Shown here one piece after another: positions 1 to 13,363 of a stretch of DNA of 64,000 bases. Made by a program: the position numbers and the translations under genes. This stretch comes from Octopus sinensis (taxonomy: Eukaryota), in NCBI RefSeq assembly GCF_006345805.1, contig NC_043000.1:13454001-13518000 (forward strand). Reading direction: 5' to 3'. Position 1 is the stretch's first letter. Each line of letters starts with the position of its first letter. Below the pieces are notes generated by a model. That model had not been told where the DNA came from. It was given only the letters and a program-made list of their open reading frames with translations, and ran no database searches.

Positions 1-174
1 GTAGGATAGACCAAATCTGGCTGATTTAGGTACGAGGGAAAAAAATGGCCAGAAAGCCTCTGCAAAGAATCGAACCCTGTACTTCTCAAATTCCGTCTTT
101 TAAAGGGTATTTACCCAATTTTCAAAGCTATCTTCATAGCCATCCTGCATTTGAGAATTCCTTTATTTTATGTA

Positions 175-209
<35 letters not shown>

Positions 210-462
210 AACACACACTCATATACACTTGATGGGCTTCTTAAATTTTTTGTCTGCTAAATCCACTTACAAGGCTTGGGCTATAGTAAAAGAACCTTAT
301 CCAAGATGATATTCAATAGGACTGATCTCAAAACCACACAACTATGCCTGCTTCTATATATCTGCATATGTAACATAGCGGGTTGAAAAAAAAAATTATT
401 ATCTAAGACACTTCTTTTTACAGTTCTTTGGAGCATAATGGTTATATGAGTTTCCCATTTCT

Positions 463-2560
463 TTACACAGTTCTTTGCATTTTATTGAACTCAAAAAGGT
501 CTCTTGAGCTGCAGGGGTCGGATAGTAGAGGGAGACAAAGCAATGCTCCATAATATGGTGTGATTCTCCACATTTTGGAGGTGGTTGTCTCAGTCTTGTA
601 ATTCCTCATCTGACCAAAGCAATTTTTGATTGCTCCATTCTTGTTTTCAAGAGGAGGCGTGTCTTTCATTGAGTCCATGGAGCTTCTGAGCTGAGAGGGA
701 GGACTTCAACAGTGGGGATTCCCATGTCAAATGGAGGAAGATCATTGTCAAGCTTTTCTGTTCAGTGGTAGATCCAGGTTTTGTCTCAAGATGTTGCCAG
801 GTGCTGGACATGGCTAAGAAAGCTTCTTCATCACTTGAATCATTAGGCTGGAGGCTGATATCCATGAAGGAATCAGTATTCATCACAAATAGCTCTAGTC
901 ATCACAATTTAAATAACTACTTCCTGTTAGATATTAGCAAGGGCAATTCTAGCAAGGAGGTGCAGGTTGTTTGTGTCAGTGGATTTCATGCAACCAGTGA
1001 TCAGATGCCAAGTTTCTTGGTATGGCTTGATCTCTCCCAGACTAGACATGCATATGCTGTAGAAGAAAAGAACAAGGCAAGAGCAATAGATCTTAATGTG
1101 TGGGTTGTGTTTCCTCATTTGGAGTTGACTACGGTAAATCCTCAAGTATAATCCACATTTTTTTCCCAAAATTTAAAGGTCAAAATCCCTAGAGCGTACT
1201 ATATACGAGGTTAAAAATGAAAAATATTTTCTAAGCAATGTTTGAGTCTCTATTTGCTGTCCAGCAATGTTTATTCAGACGCATTTTGTGATATCGGGGC
1301 ACAAAAATACCTTAAGCTAAGCCTGAAAGCAATGCAGTCATAAAAGAATCATCCATAACTTGCAGTTAGCAACATTTATTAAAATAAAAGTATTCAGAAC
1401 ACAGAATAACATGTAACAAAAACAATTTGTAAACATATTTACATTCCCATATAACAGTTAAGAACATCACCATTATTGTATTACACATGCGCGGAAGTGT
1501 TTGTTCGACTAGGTGCTGCTGGCTTAATTACTCACAACTCAAGTTAGAGAAGGGGTGCGTATTATACACAAGGTTTAGATTTTTCAGAAGTACAGCTCCC
1601 TAAAAATCCCCTGCGTATTATACTCAAGGGTGGACTATACTTGAGGATTTACGGTAGTTTCTGTAGGATGTTGTTTTGGGAATTAACTTACAATTTGCTG
1701 TCTTTGATCTGCTCCTTAACCCTGTCATGTTGTGTTCCCACTATAACAGGAATAGCTTCAATGTAATCTCTGCAGAGGTCATTAGCATAGATAAACATCT
1801 CAGTTTTCTGGTTTACTGGCCAGCCATTAGTGTATATGTTATATAGCAGAGGAGTCAGCACACTACCTTGAGAGTAAACCATTCCATTATCATCCCCAGC
1901 AATTTTGCTTGTTGATTAAGACAACAAAGAGGCATCTGTCTCTCAGGAGTGTTTCAATGAGATCTGTAAGCACCAGGTCCTTTGTCATCTCCAAGAGATA
2001 TATCAGAAGGAGATTATCCATGGAATTAGTAAACAAAACACTCCTAGTGGGAACTTTTTCTATAATCACATGGATTAGATATGTCAGATCACCCTCAAGT
2101 TCTTCTGGTAACATGTTACCCAGTACAATCTGTTGCATGGCTGGGTTGCCAGCAACTAAACTGGAAACCCCACCAAGCTTGCTTAGTGAAGAGGGTGATT
2201 TAGACACTCTGTGAGATGAAAAGCAAAACCCATCAAAGGGCAGAGGAACTCATAAGAGTCAACAGCCATCCAATAGTGTGTATACAGAGGAGTTAATATC
2301 AATGATGAAAAATCCTCGATCCAGTGTCACAGCAAAGTTATGAGGAGCAACATGATGGATGTGGAGTTGGGCGTTTTGATCTTCATTCAGCTGAACTACA
2401 TGACACAGTCTGCAAAAATGAATCCCATCAACTAACGGTCAGTTGAGGGTCAACCAATCCAGTTAGCAGATTACTGCCAGTTGACAGAACAGGTGATTCG
2501 TCAACTCACTTTCGCTATTTGACAATGCTATGGAGTTCTGAAATCTCATAGTATCACCAG
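463..2560 (-). mobile_element. Decayed non-LTR retrotransposon (I-group, Ingi/Vingi-like), RT and C-terminal region, interrupted by a MITE
   Basis: Minus-strand fragments: RT core QGSVLTPLLYNIYTN...FIYANDL (1688-1882); post-RT LITGCMKSTDTNNLHLLARIA (927-1169); C-terminal LLCLPLLSDPCSSRDLFEFN (463-678). Many stops and frameshifts. Clade assignment is from motif recall and is tentative; the element may extend to ~3290. Confidence 0.75.
1132..1654. mobile_element. Non-autonomous Tc1/mariner-superfamily MITE (Tc2/pogo-like CCGTA termini), copy 1
   Basis: TIRs CGGTAAATCCTCAAGTATAATCC ... GGACTATACTTGAGGATTTACGG, flanked by TA on both sides; homologous to 9820-10327 and 35246-35757 in the opposite orientation. 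Confidence 0.85.
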
Positions 2561-2610
2561 TTGAAGTTAGATGGCTAGTAGTAGTAGTAGAAGAAATAGT
2601 GCATGTTTTA

Positions 2611-2841
2611 TTGTGTCTGGGGAGAGTCATTTTCTTTTTGTGCCTTATTATGCAACACACTCACCGGTAAAATTTCCACATTTTTCTTTTTATTGTCCTA
2701 AAATTTTCGTTGCGTCTTGCAACCTTTTTAAATGCAAGACACAAGGAAAATGTTAGGACAATAAAAAGAAAAATGTGGAAATTTTACCAGTGAGTGTGTT
2801 ACATAATAAGGCACAAAAAGAAAATGACTCTCCCCAGACAA
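2611..2841. mobile_element. Fold-back (hairpin) MITE
   Basis: Arms of ~105 bp (TGTCTGGGGAGAGTCATTTTCTTTTTGTGCCTTATTATG... / ...CATAATAAGGCACAAAAAGAAAATGACTCTCCCCAGACA) are near-perfect reverse complements; TA at both ends. Confidence 0.85.
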
Positions 2842-3332
2842 TAGAATATGCTTCAACACACGAACTCATGTTAAGTATCTTGCAAACCAAATCCAAAAAC
2901 AAAATAGTGCATGGATAATCTTATTTAATTGAAGTCTTCTGGATCACATTACCCAAAGTATCTTTTTTCTAAGATAAAAGAAGTTGAACTTAGGGAGATT
3001 CGGTTACTATTTCTAGAACGAGGGAGTCTCTACATGGTCACATAAAGATTCTTTCATTATCTTGCCTAATTTAGAAGTCAATGATATTCATCTGTAAGAG
3101 GTTAAGGATGAGTGAATAGTGATATAATTTGCAGATTAATGTACAGCAGGAAGAATAGTAGGGACAGAGCAGAACTTTGACGTACACCAGAGTTGATAAA
3201 ACATACCAGAGGGGAAAGAGAGAACCCAAACAACATATATTTTAATGGTGTGATCATATAGAAATCATTTAATATAAGAGATGAAACCCTGAAGCTTAGG
3301 GAAATCTTGTACCAGATGTAATCAAAGGCTTT

Positions 3333-3635
3333 AGTGGAGGTACATGGCCTAGTAGATAGAGCAGTGGACTCACAGTCGAGGGATCGTGGGTTCGAATCTC
3401 AGACCGGGCGATGCGTGTGTTTATGGGCGAAACACCTAAGCTCCATGTGGCTCCGGCAGAAGGTAATGGCAAACCTTCTGCTGACTCTTTTGCCACAACT
3501 TTCTCTCACTCTTTCCTCCTGCATCTTGCAGCTCACCTGCGACGGACCGGCGTCCAGTCCAGGTGGGGAACCTATACGCCAAGAAACCGGGAAACTGGCC
3601 CTTATGAGCCAGGCATGGATCGAGAAGGAACTATA
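3333..3635 (+). mobile_element. tRNA-derived SINE with Meta/V-like central domain and 14-bp TSD
   Basis: A box (TGGCCTAGTAG) and B box (GGTTCGAATCT); motif CTGCGACGGACCGGCGTCCAGTCCAGG...AGAAACCGGG; direct repeat TAATCAAAGGCTTT at 3319-3332 and 3636-3649. Confidence 0.85.
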
Positions 3636-3672
3636 TAATCAAAGGCTTTCACATATATCATGTGTAACTTAT

Positions 3673-4075
3673 AGGCGCAGGAGTGGCTGTGTGGTAAGTA
3701 GCTTGCTAACCAACCACATGGTTCCGGGTTCAGTCCCACTGCATGGCATCTTGGGCAAGTGTCTTCTGCTATAGCCCCGGGCTGACCAATGCCTTGTGAG
3801 TGGATTTGGTAGACGGAAACTGAAAGAAGCCTGTCATATATATGTATGTATATATATATATATGTATGTGTGTCTGTGTTTGTCCCCCTAGCATTGCTTG
3901 ACAACCAATGCTGGTGTGTTTATGTCCCCGTTACTTAGCGGTTCGGCAAAAGAGACCAATAGAATAAATACTGGGCTTACAAAGAATAAGTCCCGGGGTC
4001 GATTTGCTTAACTAAAGGCGGTGCTCTAGCATGGCCGCAGTCAAATGACTGAAACAAGTAAAAAAGTAAAAGAGT
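3673..4075 (+). mobile_element. Major tRNA-derived SINE (octopus OK/OR-type; family name tentative), full length
   Basis: Head AGGCGCAGGAGTGGCTGTGTGGTAAG...GGTTCAGTCCC, internal (TA/TG)n, tail GGTGCTCTAGCATGGCCGCAGTCAAATGACTGAAACAAGTAAAA. Other copies at approx. 5808-6249(-), 12723-13098(+), 13596-13995(+), 27830-28310(+), 31130-31460(-), 38554-38868(+), 43078-43775(-, split), 57122-57555(-), plus many fragments. Confidence 0.85.
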
Positions 4076-4769
4076 TTCGGATTGGCCTGGGGTTAAATAA
4101 CAACAACATAAGTTTCAAGTTAAAATGAATAAAAAAAAAATTTTCTGTAAGAATTAATACTAGATTTTGGACGAGTTCTGTTGCCCTTAAACTTTGCAGC
4201 TTTAAAACATCTGAAAATTATCACATGTAGTGATAATTAAGTTATGCAAGAATAAATACTCTTGGTTCCAAAATTAATATGTAGGGTCATGCCATCTGTA
4301 TTTTAGAGACAACACGGGGTGGGTTTGAGTGAGATATGGTCACTGTATTAATCATGTTGAGGAATTATGCAGATGCTCTCATGTTTGCACAAATGTGTAT
4401 GAAAACTATTGCCTGCTGCATGCATCAGATATGCAGTATGTATGGATAGTATAAATGTGTGATGTTTCGAAGGCATGCTGCAAGCTGGAAGCAGAGGGTA
4501 GAAGGCTAATGGAGATCTGGAATAGAGTTAGCTGTAATGTGATGTTCTGAAGATGTTTTAGGGGTCTGGTGGCTGAAATGACGCAGGATATGGGCACTGA
4601 GTGTAACAGCTGCAAATGTAAACACAGCTGCATTATATATATAAGCACAGCTGCAATGCTGATGTGTTACAATGTATGGTAACTTTGATGAATGACTACT
4701 AACTGCTGTGTCTACCAACATATTGAATCTCTTCCTATCTTCTAATCTAAGAGTCACTTTTGATGAAGG

Positions 4770-5600
4770 ATGAACTGGTCATTAGTGCTGGTGATGATGG
4801 TGGTGGTGGTGGTGGTGGTAGTGGATGGTCTGGTGATAGTAAGTGGACTGTAGTGGCAGCAGTGGTGGTGATGGTTGTGGTGGTGGTGCTAGTGGTGATG
4901 CTGCTGATGCTGGTGGCAGTGGTAGCATGGAAGTCAAGTGTGAGGGGTGGAGTTTAGCCGCTTGTGTTTAATATTAATAATAACAAATAGTGATTGGTGT
5001 TGCTGATAGCAGTTATATTGTTAATGTGGTAAAGGTGGTGGTGGTGGTGGTGGTCTGATTTGACTGGTGGTGATAATGGTGCTGACGGTGGGAGTGTTGG
5101 TGGTGGTGGTGTTGGTGGTGGTGTTGGTGGTGGTGGTGGTGGTTATGGTGCTCATATCTATGTATATCGTAAATCCTGATGGTGTTTGAGGAGGTGAAGT
5201 GGTAATGATGATTGTGAAGATGCTAATGGTTAGATCTGCTATATATGGTGATGGTAGTTGAGGCAGTGGTAACGATGGTGGCAGTGTCAGGAGTTGCATA
5301 CATTTCAGTGGCGGTCATCGTTATGGCTATGGTAGTGGCGTGATAGTGGTGGTGATGGAGGCGGTGTTATATTGCAGTTATATTTGTATTGTTACAGGTG
5401 ATGGTGGTGATGGTGGTGGTGAATTCGTTTACAAGTGGGGGAAAGGAAGAGGAGAGAAGTACATCTATGTTGTTGACTGGTGGTGGTTTGAAATGGTGAT
5501 CGTAGTGCTAGTGGTACTGGTGATGGTATGGATGGTGGTGATGGTGATGGTGATTGTATATCTGTTTTTAGTGTTGATGATAGCTGAGGTAATGTTGTGG
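4770..5600. repeat. Degenerate (GGT/GAT/GTA)n low-complexity block
   Basis: Triplet-repeat runs; the overlapping poly-V/T/P ORFs are artefacts. Confidence 0.85.
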
Positions 5601-5807
5601 TAATTGTTTTTGTTGTTGTTTAGCTCCACCACTACCACCACCAACAGAGCTGTCTGATCATGCAGACAGATCTATGATCAAATGTACTCCAGCCATGACT
5701 ATCCCCATCGTGCTTTCAGATGTTGTCTACCTCAGTCTACATTATTGAACATGTCAGTTTCTCAACAAGGTAGAGTCTTTATTTAAGAGATGAGGAATTA
5801 TGTACAT

Positions 5808-6036
5808 CTCTTTTACTTGTTTCAGCCATTTGACTGTGGCCATGCTGGAGCACCACCTTTAGTCAAACACATCGACCCTAAGACTTATCCTTTGTAAGCC
5901 TAGTATTTATTCTATCAGTCTCCTTTTGCTGAACCGCTAAGTTACGGGGACATAAACACACCACCATCAGTTGTCAGGCGATGGTGGGGGGGGACAAACA
6001 CAGACACACAAACATATACACACATACATATATAAT

Positions 6037-6087
<51 letters not shown>

Positions 6088-6249
6088 GTACGATGGGGTT
6101 CTTTTAGTTTCCATCAACCAAATCCACTCACAAGGCTTTGGTCAGCCCAAGGCTATCGTAGAAGACACTTGCCCAAGGTGCCATGCAGTGGGAATGAACC
6201 CGGAACCATGTGGTAGGTAAGCAAGCTACTTACCTATTCCTGCACCTAT
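5808..6249 (-). mobile_element. Major tRNA-derived SINE, reverse copy
   Basis: Reverse complement of the 3673-4075 family, with internal (TA)n. Confidence 0.85.
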
Positions 6250-6785
6250 GAACAGCCACTCCTGTGCTCATTTACATTATTTACATTTGACAGTTATTTG
6301 TCCCCATCTTGTTTGTTGTTAACCAGTATTAAGGGAGGATAGGAAAATATTAGATACATAAGCCCTAAAATTCACTCCATAATTCTGCACCATGCCACTG
6401 AAGCAGGAGAACTTAGTCATGGCTGTCAGATAATTTCTGGGACCACATCACCCCTAACATCTGGCCACCTAACTCCTCACACTGCAACCCCCTTGATTAT
6501 TATGTGTGGGGTGCAGTTGAGTGAGAGACCAACAAAACTCCTTGTAATAACAAAGAAGAACTAAAGGCAAGAATTATGGCAGCATTCACTAGCTTACACA
6601 AGGAGACCGTCTAGAAGAGTTGCTGGAGATTCTGAAGTCGTCTGGAGGCTGTGATTGAATAAATTTACTCTTTAGTATTTCAAGATATTTTTACATTATT
6701 TTGGTAAATATATGTGTTAAAATGAGATATCAGTGTTATTTTAATTTTTGCGTAATTTAGACAATAATATATTCACTGCACCCTG

Positions 6786-6829
<44 letters not shown>

Positions 6830-6849
6830 TATAAGAGGGGATGTTGTAG

Positions 6850-6933
6850 AGGTGGTAGTATTAATGTTAATTGTAATTCAAAGTAATGATAACAGTAGCA
6901 ATGGTGGTATTAGCAGTATTGGTGGTGGTGGTG

Positions 6934-6986
<53 letters not shown>

Positions 6987-7041
6987 GGTGGTGGTGGTGG
7001 TGGTGTGGTGGTGGTGGTGGTGGTGGTGGTGGTAGTAGCGA

Positions 7042-7075
<34 letters not shown>

Positions 7076-7370
7076 GGTAGTGGTGGTGGTGGTGGTGGTG
7101 GTGGTGGTAGTAGTAGTGGTGGTGGTAGTAGTAGCGATAGTAGTAGTGTAGTAGTAGTAGTAGTGTTAATGACAGTAGTGTGGGTGGCAGTGGCCATATT
7201 GGTGATATTGATGAAGATAGTGGTAATTTGGGGTAGAGGTGGTATATGTTGTTGGTGGCGGTGGTGGTGGTTGGTGGCAGTGATGGCTTTAGTGGTGGTG
7301 ATTTTGGTAGCAGTGGTAGTGGTGGTGGTGGTGGTGGTGGTGGTGGTAGCGTTGCTGCTAACTTCCCAAA
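6850..7370. repeat. Compound (GTG)n/(GTA)n microsatellite
   Basis: Long pure GGT and AGT runs. Confidence 0.9.
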
Positions 7371-7944
7371 ACTAATGATGAATTGAGATCAGGAAGTCAT
7401 ATGTGCACAGCTGACCTCTAGGGGTTAATGTGTCACTGGTATAAACATGATGATGGTGGTGGTGGTGGTGAGAAATTAGGGAGCTTGTGTGGTGTGTAAC
7501 ACCTGGGAGGCAACTAATTACAGCAACACCAACAACAACAACAATAACCATGGAAACAATGTCACTTTAGGGTGAGAAACTGAAATAGCAGTCAATCTCG
7601 CTCAAATCACATTAAGAAGGGCATTATGAATAATGGAGTTCTGGATTCATTGTGCTGAAGAAAAAGATGTGATGGCCATGGTTGGAATGTTATTGATTCG
7701 GGTTGACTTATCTTTTATTTTTTATTTGTTTCAGTCATTGCACTGTAGCCATGCTGGAGCATTGTCTTTAAGTGTTTTAGTTGAATGAATTGATTCAAGT
7801 AATTATTTTTCTTTTAAAAACCGGGTACTTACTTTATTGGTCAGTTTTGCCAGAAGTGCTAAGTTATAGGGATATAAACAAACCAACACCAGTTGGGAAG
7901 CAGTGGTGAGGAACAAACACACACAAATATAAACACAGACACAG

Positions 7945-8000
<56 letters not shown>

Positions 8001-9039
8001 ATAAGGTGGCCAATGCTAGTGGCAAGTAAAAAGCACCTTTTGAATGTGGGCTTCACTGAGGCAAACACAAATGTCCAAGACATTTGGCATTATGCCATAC
8101 TTGAGAAGAAGATAAATCAAGGCAACAACAACAATAACAAAACAATGCCATTTCCATTTTGTCTGCTGAGACCAAGAGAATGTAAGAATTCCATAACTTT
8201 CTCCTTGTAGCTTGTTACCCTTTGTAACTTTCTCAAACATGTAAAAATTCATTCAGAAAAATAATGAAGCTCCCCAATAGAAGGGAGTTGCTTTATTATG
8301 GTGCAGATTCACAGCAGAACAACAAGCATTGTTTAAGTAGCTTCTGTCTTCTTAATATATATTTACCAAATCCACTACTGCCCAAATCCACCTGTTGCCT
8401 CCACCTGCTACCCAAATCTACCTGTTGCCTCTGTCTATCTCCTTGCTTATAACAACCTCTCATTGTGTCTCATACAACAAACCTACACTAAACTTACTCT
8501 CCTAATATTTCCTCCTCTTGAAAAGCAAACCTCTGACATAGTGGTTCTCAAACTTTTGTAGCTCAATTTCCTCTTTCACAGGAAGTGGTTTTATAAATGT
8601 CATTCCCCAATATTTAACCCCCCCCCCCCATTATTTTAATTAGACTGAAGTTTATTATCCATATTTTCTTAAACTATCCCAACCAGCATGTGCTTTTTTT
8701 CAGATATTAGCTTAGGCTAATATCCACTGTGTTGAAATTTTATGAAAATTATTAATTTTGGTACAAGGTTAGTAATTTCGAGGTGCATGGGGGTTACTAC
8801 ATTACACCAACCCAATACTTGACTGGAACCTTATTTTATTGACTGTAGGGAGATGAAAGGCAAATTTGACCTTAGTAGGAACTGAACTTGGAATGTGAAG
8901 GGCTGGAGCATGCTGCAAAGCATTTTGCCCAATGCACTAGTGATTCGGCTGTCTTGTTGCCTTGAGGACTTTTACAATGAAATTATATTGGATTTAGGAC
9001 TTCATCAGTCATGCTTCTGCCCACTGATAACACAATCTG

Positions 9040-9367
9040 AGACCCCCTTCAGTCATGACACAGACCATGGGATTGCACCTAGAAAGTTACCCCCCCAGGC
9101 AAGTTTGTTTTTTATGGAAGACCAGCAGTTGCCCATGCATACCGGCTTCCCCTCTCCATGCCACCAGTGTTAACCAAGGGAAAGGCAAAGTCCGATACAG
9201 CTTGGCACCTGTGACGTCGCAACTCATTTCTACTGCTGAGTGAACTGGAACAACGTGAAATAAAGTGTCTTCCTCAAGAATACAATATGCAGCCCGGTCC
9301 GGGATTCGAGCTCACAACCTCATGATCGTAAGCTCGACACCCTAACCACTGAGCCATGCACCTTCAC
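9040..9367 (-). mobile_element. Second tRNA-derived SINE family (GTGAAGGCGCATGGCTCAGTGG head)
   Basis: Reverse complement has A/B boxes and TTCTTGAGCAAGACACTTTATTTCAC-like core. Same family at 17150-17488(+), 18743-19082(+), 51022-51370(+); related copies at 56240-56500(-) and 61610-61850(-). Confidence 0.8.
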
Positions 9368-9439
9368 TTGATAACACAATGACCTACTCATATTATATCT
9401 GTTTTGAAAATGCATTTAAAATATAAGTATTATATCCTG

Positions 9440-9778
9440 TCTGCTCTCAAATACACCGCCTTTGAAATCATGAACAAAAGTACTCTATTGTACTAGTCTG
9501 ATATTTATAGATCCTCAACTGTTCAACTCGTTATATAAAGAAATCAGAAATATAAAGAAACGTCTACTGAATCATTAAGGAAAACATTAGATAAACTCCT
9601 AACAGCAATACTGGACCAGCCAATCATTCAAGAATATGCTCAGTGAAGATCAGTTGCTACAAACTTAATCACAGACCAACATCCAGCCAAAGTGACAACA
9701 AAGCTGATAGAAAATAAAGTGTTGCTCCACCATGGCCGCAGTCTTACAACTGAAACCTCTAAAAGAATTAAAGAAAAT
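9440..9778 (+). mobile_element. CR1/L2-group LINE 3' end remnant
   Basis: Broken frames read ...PQLFNS...KEIRNIK...TESLRKTLDKLLTAILDQPIIQEYAQ.RSVATNLITDQ, typical of a CR1-group C-terminus, followed by the tail TGCTCCACCATGGCCGCAGTC...ACTGAAAC...TAAAAGAA. Confidence 0.65.
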
Positions 9779-9819
9779 AATATATCTAAAATGTAGTCTT
9801 TATATTTAAAATATAAGTA

Positions 9820-10327
9820 CCATAAATCCTCGAGTATAGTCCGCCCTTGAGTATAATATGCAGGGGATTTTTAGGGGGCTGTACCTCTGAAAAACCTAAA
9901 CCTTGTGTATAATACGCACCCCTTCTCTAACTCGAGTCAAGGAGGTCTATATAATGTCCTTGGTTCGTAAAATTGTATACAGTAACGTCTTTTATTATTA
10001 TTGTATATATAACATAATGCGTGTAGCTTTTTTGTGCATTTTGTTTGCAGAAAATAAAGAAGTAACAGTAATAAGGTTCAATAAATGTTGCTTACTGCAA
10101 GTTATGGATGATTCTTTTATGACTTCATTGCTTTCAGGCTTAGCTTCAGGTATTTTCGCACCCGACATCACAAAATGCGTCTGAATAAACATTCCCGGAC
10201 AGCAAATAGAGACTCGGACATTGCTTAGAAAATAATTTTCATTTTTAATCTTGTATATAGTATGCACAAGGGATTTTGACCTTTAAATTTTGGGAAAAAA
10301 GTGCGGATTATACTCAAGGATTTACAG
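9820..10327. mobile_element. Tc2/pogo-like MITE, copy 2
   Basis: TA|CCATAAATCCTCGAGTATAGTCC ... GGATTATACTCAAGGATTTACAG|TA. Confidence 0.85.
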
Positions 10328-10862
10328 TATTATTTATAATATTGTTACATTTTCAAAGATTTATAAACAGCTACATTGGTTGTTTGTCTATATTTTCTCT
10401 CTTTGGCCCCAAAATTTACACCACACCAAACCACAGGTTTTGGTTCAGCCCTCTCAATGAGTGTAGATTTTGATAATCTTTACCAATTGATAAGGCCATA
10501 AGTTTGGGTTGACAAAATATTTTTGAGAAAAAAAAATGAATAAAATATAGTCAAACAACAACTGACGAGTGTGTTTAAAGACTTTTATATATGACTCTTT
10601 CAAAATCACAACCATGTGGTTCTGGGTTCAGTCCCATTGCATGGTACCTTGGGTGGGTAAGTGTCTTCTTACAAAGCTTTGTGAGTGGATTTGGTAGATG
10701 GAAACTGAAAGAAGTCTGTCATACACACACACACACACATTAAATAATTGTTAGAGAAGACAGAATGTGCTGTAAGCTTTATTTAGCATGATGATTGTTT
10801 CAGCTTACAACCAGATGTTACATTTTAAAGTCCCCTACCTAAATTTTGATTTTAAACATAAC

Positions 10863-10894
<32 letters not shown>

Positions 10895-11439
10895 TGTGTG
10901 CGTGCGTGCATGCATATGAGAAGGTGTCTTTGTATTTGCTTCAACTGGCAACCAGCTTGGTGTTAGTTTGTTCACATTATAACTTAGCAGTTCAGTAGAA
11001 GTGTCTGAAACAAGAAATACTAGAATTAAAAAATATATATACTAGGGCTAATTTGTTCAACGAGGCCCTTTAAAGTGGTGTCCCAGCATGGCCATAGTCC
11101 AATGACTGAAACAAGTAAAAGATAAAATATAGCAAAAGCATAGGAATGTGTTTACATTGTTGTTTGCCTCACAGGTAGGCTTTCTAATATTTATTTCAAC
11201 AACTGTATAGTAGGATTAAAAACCAGACATCTGGGTGTAAGATCAGATCAAACAACCTACCTCTATGTCAAAATGAATCATAGACTTAAGATTAAAGAAT
11301 GTAAAGCCACATTTAGTCCCATTCAATCTGATGCTATAAAAGTCTTAACTCCCAACATAAACTTTGACCCTTTAGAGGACTGAATGGAAAACAAAACAAC
11401 AAAAAAACAAAAACGAAACAAAAGGAAATACATTTCTCT

Positions 11440-12002
11440 GTGTGTGTGTGTATATATCACACACACACACACACACACATACATACATACACACACACAT
11501 GTATGTATAATTATTCGCACATTATTGCACACATATATGTATGTGTGTATATATATATATTTTTGATTTTGATTTTTCCAGTTTCAGCTAATGAGCTGTG
11601 GCCATATATATACATATATATATACATATATAACATATATATACATATATATACATATATATACATATATTTTTTATATATACATGCACACACCTATACA
11701 TACATATATACATATGTGCGTGTGTGTGTGTGCATACATATATATATATATGTGTGTGTGTGCATATGTATATATATGCATGTATGCATATATATATGTG
11801 TGTACATATATCCATATATGTATGTATATATGTATGTGTGTGTGTGTGTATATATATATATAAACACATGCACATATATATATACATGTGTATGTGTGTA
11901 TATATATATATAATATATATATATATAAACACATGCACATATATATATACATATGTGTATGTGTGTGTATATATATATACATGTATGTATGTATGTATGT
12001 AC
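11440..12002. repeat. Compound (TG)/(CA)/(TA) microsatellite with internal ~70-bp duplications
   Basis: Dinucleotide runs; overlapping YIYI/CVCV ORFs are artefacts. Confidence 0.9.
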
Positions 12003-12178
12003 TATATAAAGGCTCCAGTTATTTATATTTTATTATATTTATTTGCTTACTTTCTGGTAAGGGATTAAACAGAAAAGTTTTTCAATGTGTGAGCTTGAAG
12101 TGATGGCTGTTTACAAATGTTTCCAAAGTACACCCACACATGTACATAAATATTATATAGTAGAGGGAGAGAGGCGGG

Positions 12179-12219
<41 letters not shown>

Positions 12220-12885
12220 AGAGAGAGAGAGAGAGAGAGACAGAGGGAGCATCATCAAACTGGCTTGCTCAGTGAAGCATACATACTACCGTACATTAAA
12301 CTGACCAATGCTCCTTCATGAACAATTTGAATGATTTCTCTCTGTCCAGACTCTTCTCATCCAACTGGATGTGGGTGAGTGCATTCTGTTAAGCTGCTGC
12401 TCACCTCTTTGTTGAACTCTTCATTCATTGTGACTAATTGAAAGCTCAAACAGAAAGCTCTAGATGCTATTATTCAGCATCAGGACTGTAGAAAATTACT
12501 TCCTTTCCAATGGTTGTTATGAATTGGTGAAATTTAGTGAAGTGACCCTGCTTCTAAACCATTTTGACTTTAAAATATCAATATAACAAACTACAAACCA
12601 TTTTCATAACATTTATGGAAGGAAATATATTTAGGATAATTTACAACTTCTATGTTTTTATTTGTTTATTGAGACACTTTAATTTCTGTATTTCCTCTCT
12701 GGGTTTTCTTGTACTAATTTATAGGTGTAGAGGTATGGCTGTGTGGTTAAGAAGCTCATTTTACAACCATGTAGTTTCAGGTTCAGTCCCACTGTGTGGC
12801 ACTTTGGGCAGATGTCTTCTACTACAGCTCTATGCGACCCAAGTGAACTTTGTAGATGGAAACTGTGTGGGAGTCCATCTATATA

Positions 12886-12923
<38 letters not shown>

Positions 12924-13363
12924 ATTTTTTCCCAATCACTGTTGGTTTGTTTACATCCAAGTCACTTAGCAGTCCAACAAATAAGTACCAGACTTAAAAA
13001 ATAGATTACTGTTGGGGTCAATTTCTCCAACTAAACCCGTTGGGGAAATGCCCCAGCATGGCCACAGTCCAATGAGTGAAACAATAGGTAAAAGGTGAAA
13101 AGGGTAAGAATAGTAAATAAACAGAGTGGATGTAAGGAAGTGAGGAAGTGATTTGAAACCTTTTATACAGAATACTGCACAGTTGTGATTTAGTTATTTC
13201 AATAAGACTGCATCATAGTAAACCAGGGAGGATATTTCATACAATGACTGGTGTTGCTATGCTTGTCTGTAATTTCTATTTATCATAGGTTGAACCATTG
13301 AGGACACTTTAATGCAATTATCTGGCTTGTTAGGAATAGTAACAAAATTCCTTCAAATCACAC

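Noticed and set aside
3335-3410. tRNA gene (also heads at 17150, 51022, 54588)
   Set aside because: A/B boxes run directly into SINE bodies; no complete cloverleaf or acceptor stem.
3334-3774. 146-aa ORF
   Set aside because: Read-through across two adjacent SINEs.
11384-12103. Many ORFs of YIYI/CVCV/HTHT/MYVC type here and at 20136-20565, 35738-37254, 40336-42495, 44463-44882, 48308-48906
   Set aside because: Translations of dinucleotide and tetranucleotide microsatellites, which lack stop codons in several frames.
12325-12490. Candidate exons (plus 25 nt ACTCTT...GTGG|GTGAGT; minus ...MNEEFNKE|GTGAGC)
   Set aside because: Stops upstream in the minus candidate, and the surrounding minus strand looks like ancient RTE debris (SLMYGS); insufficient support.
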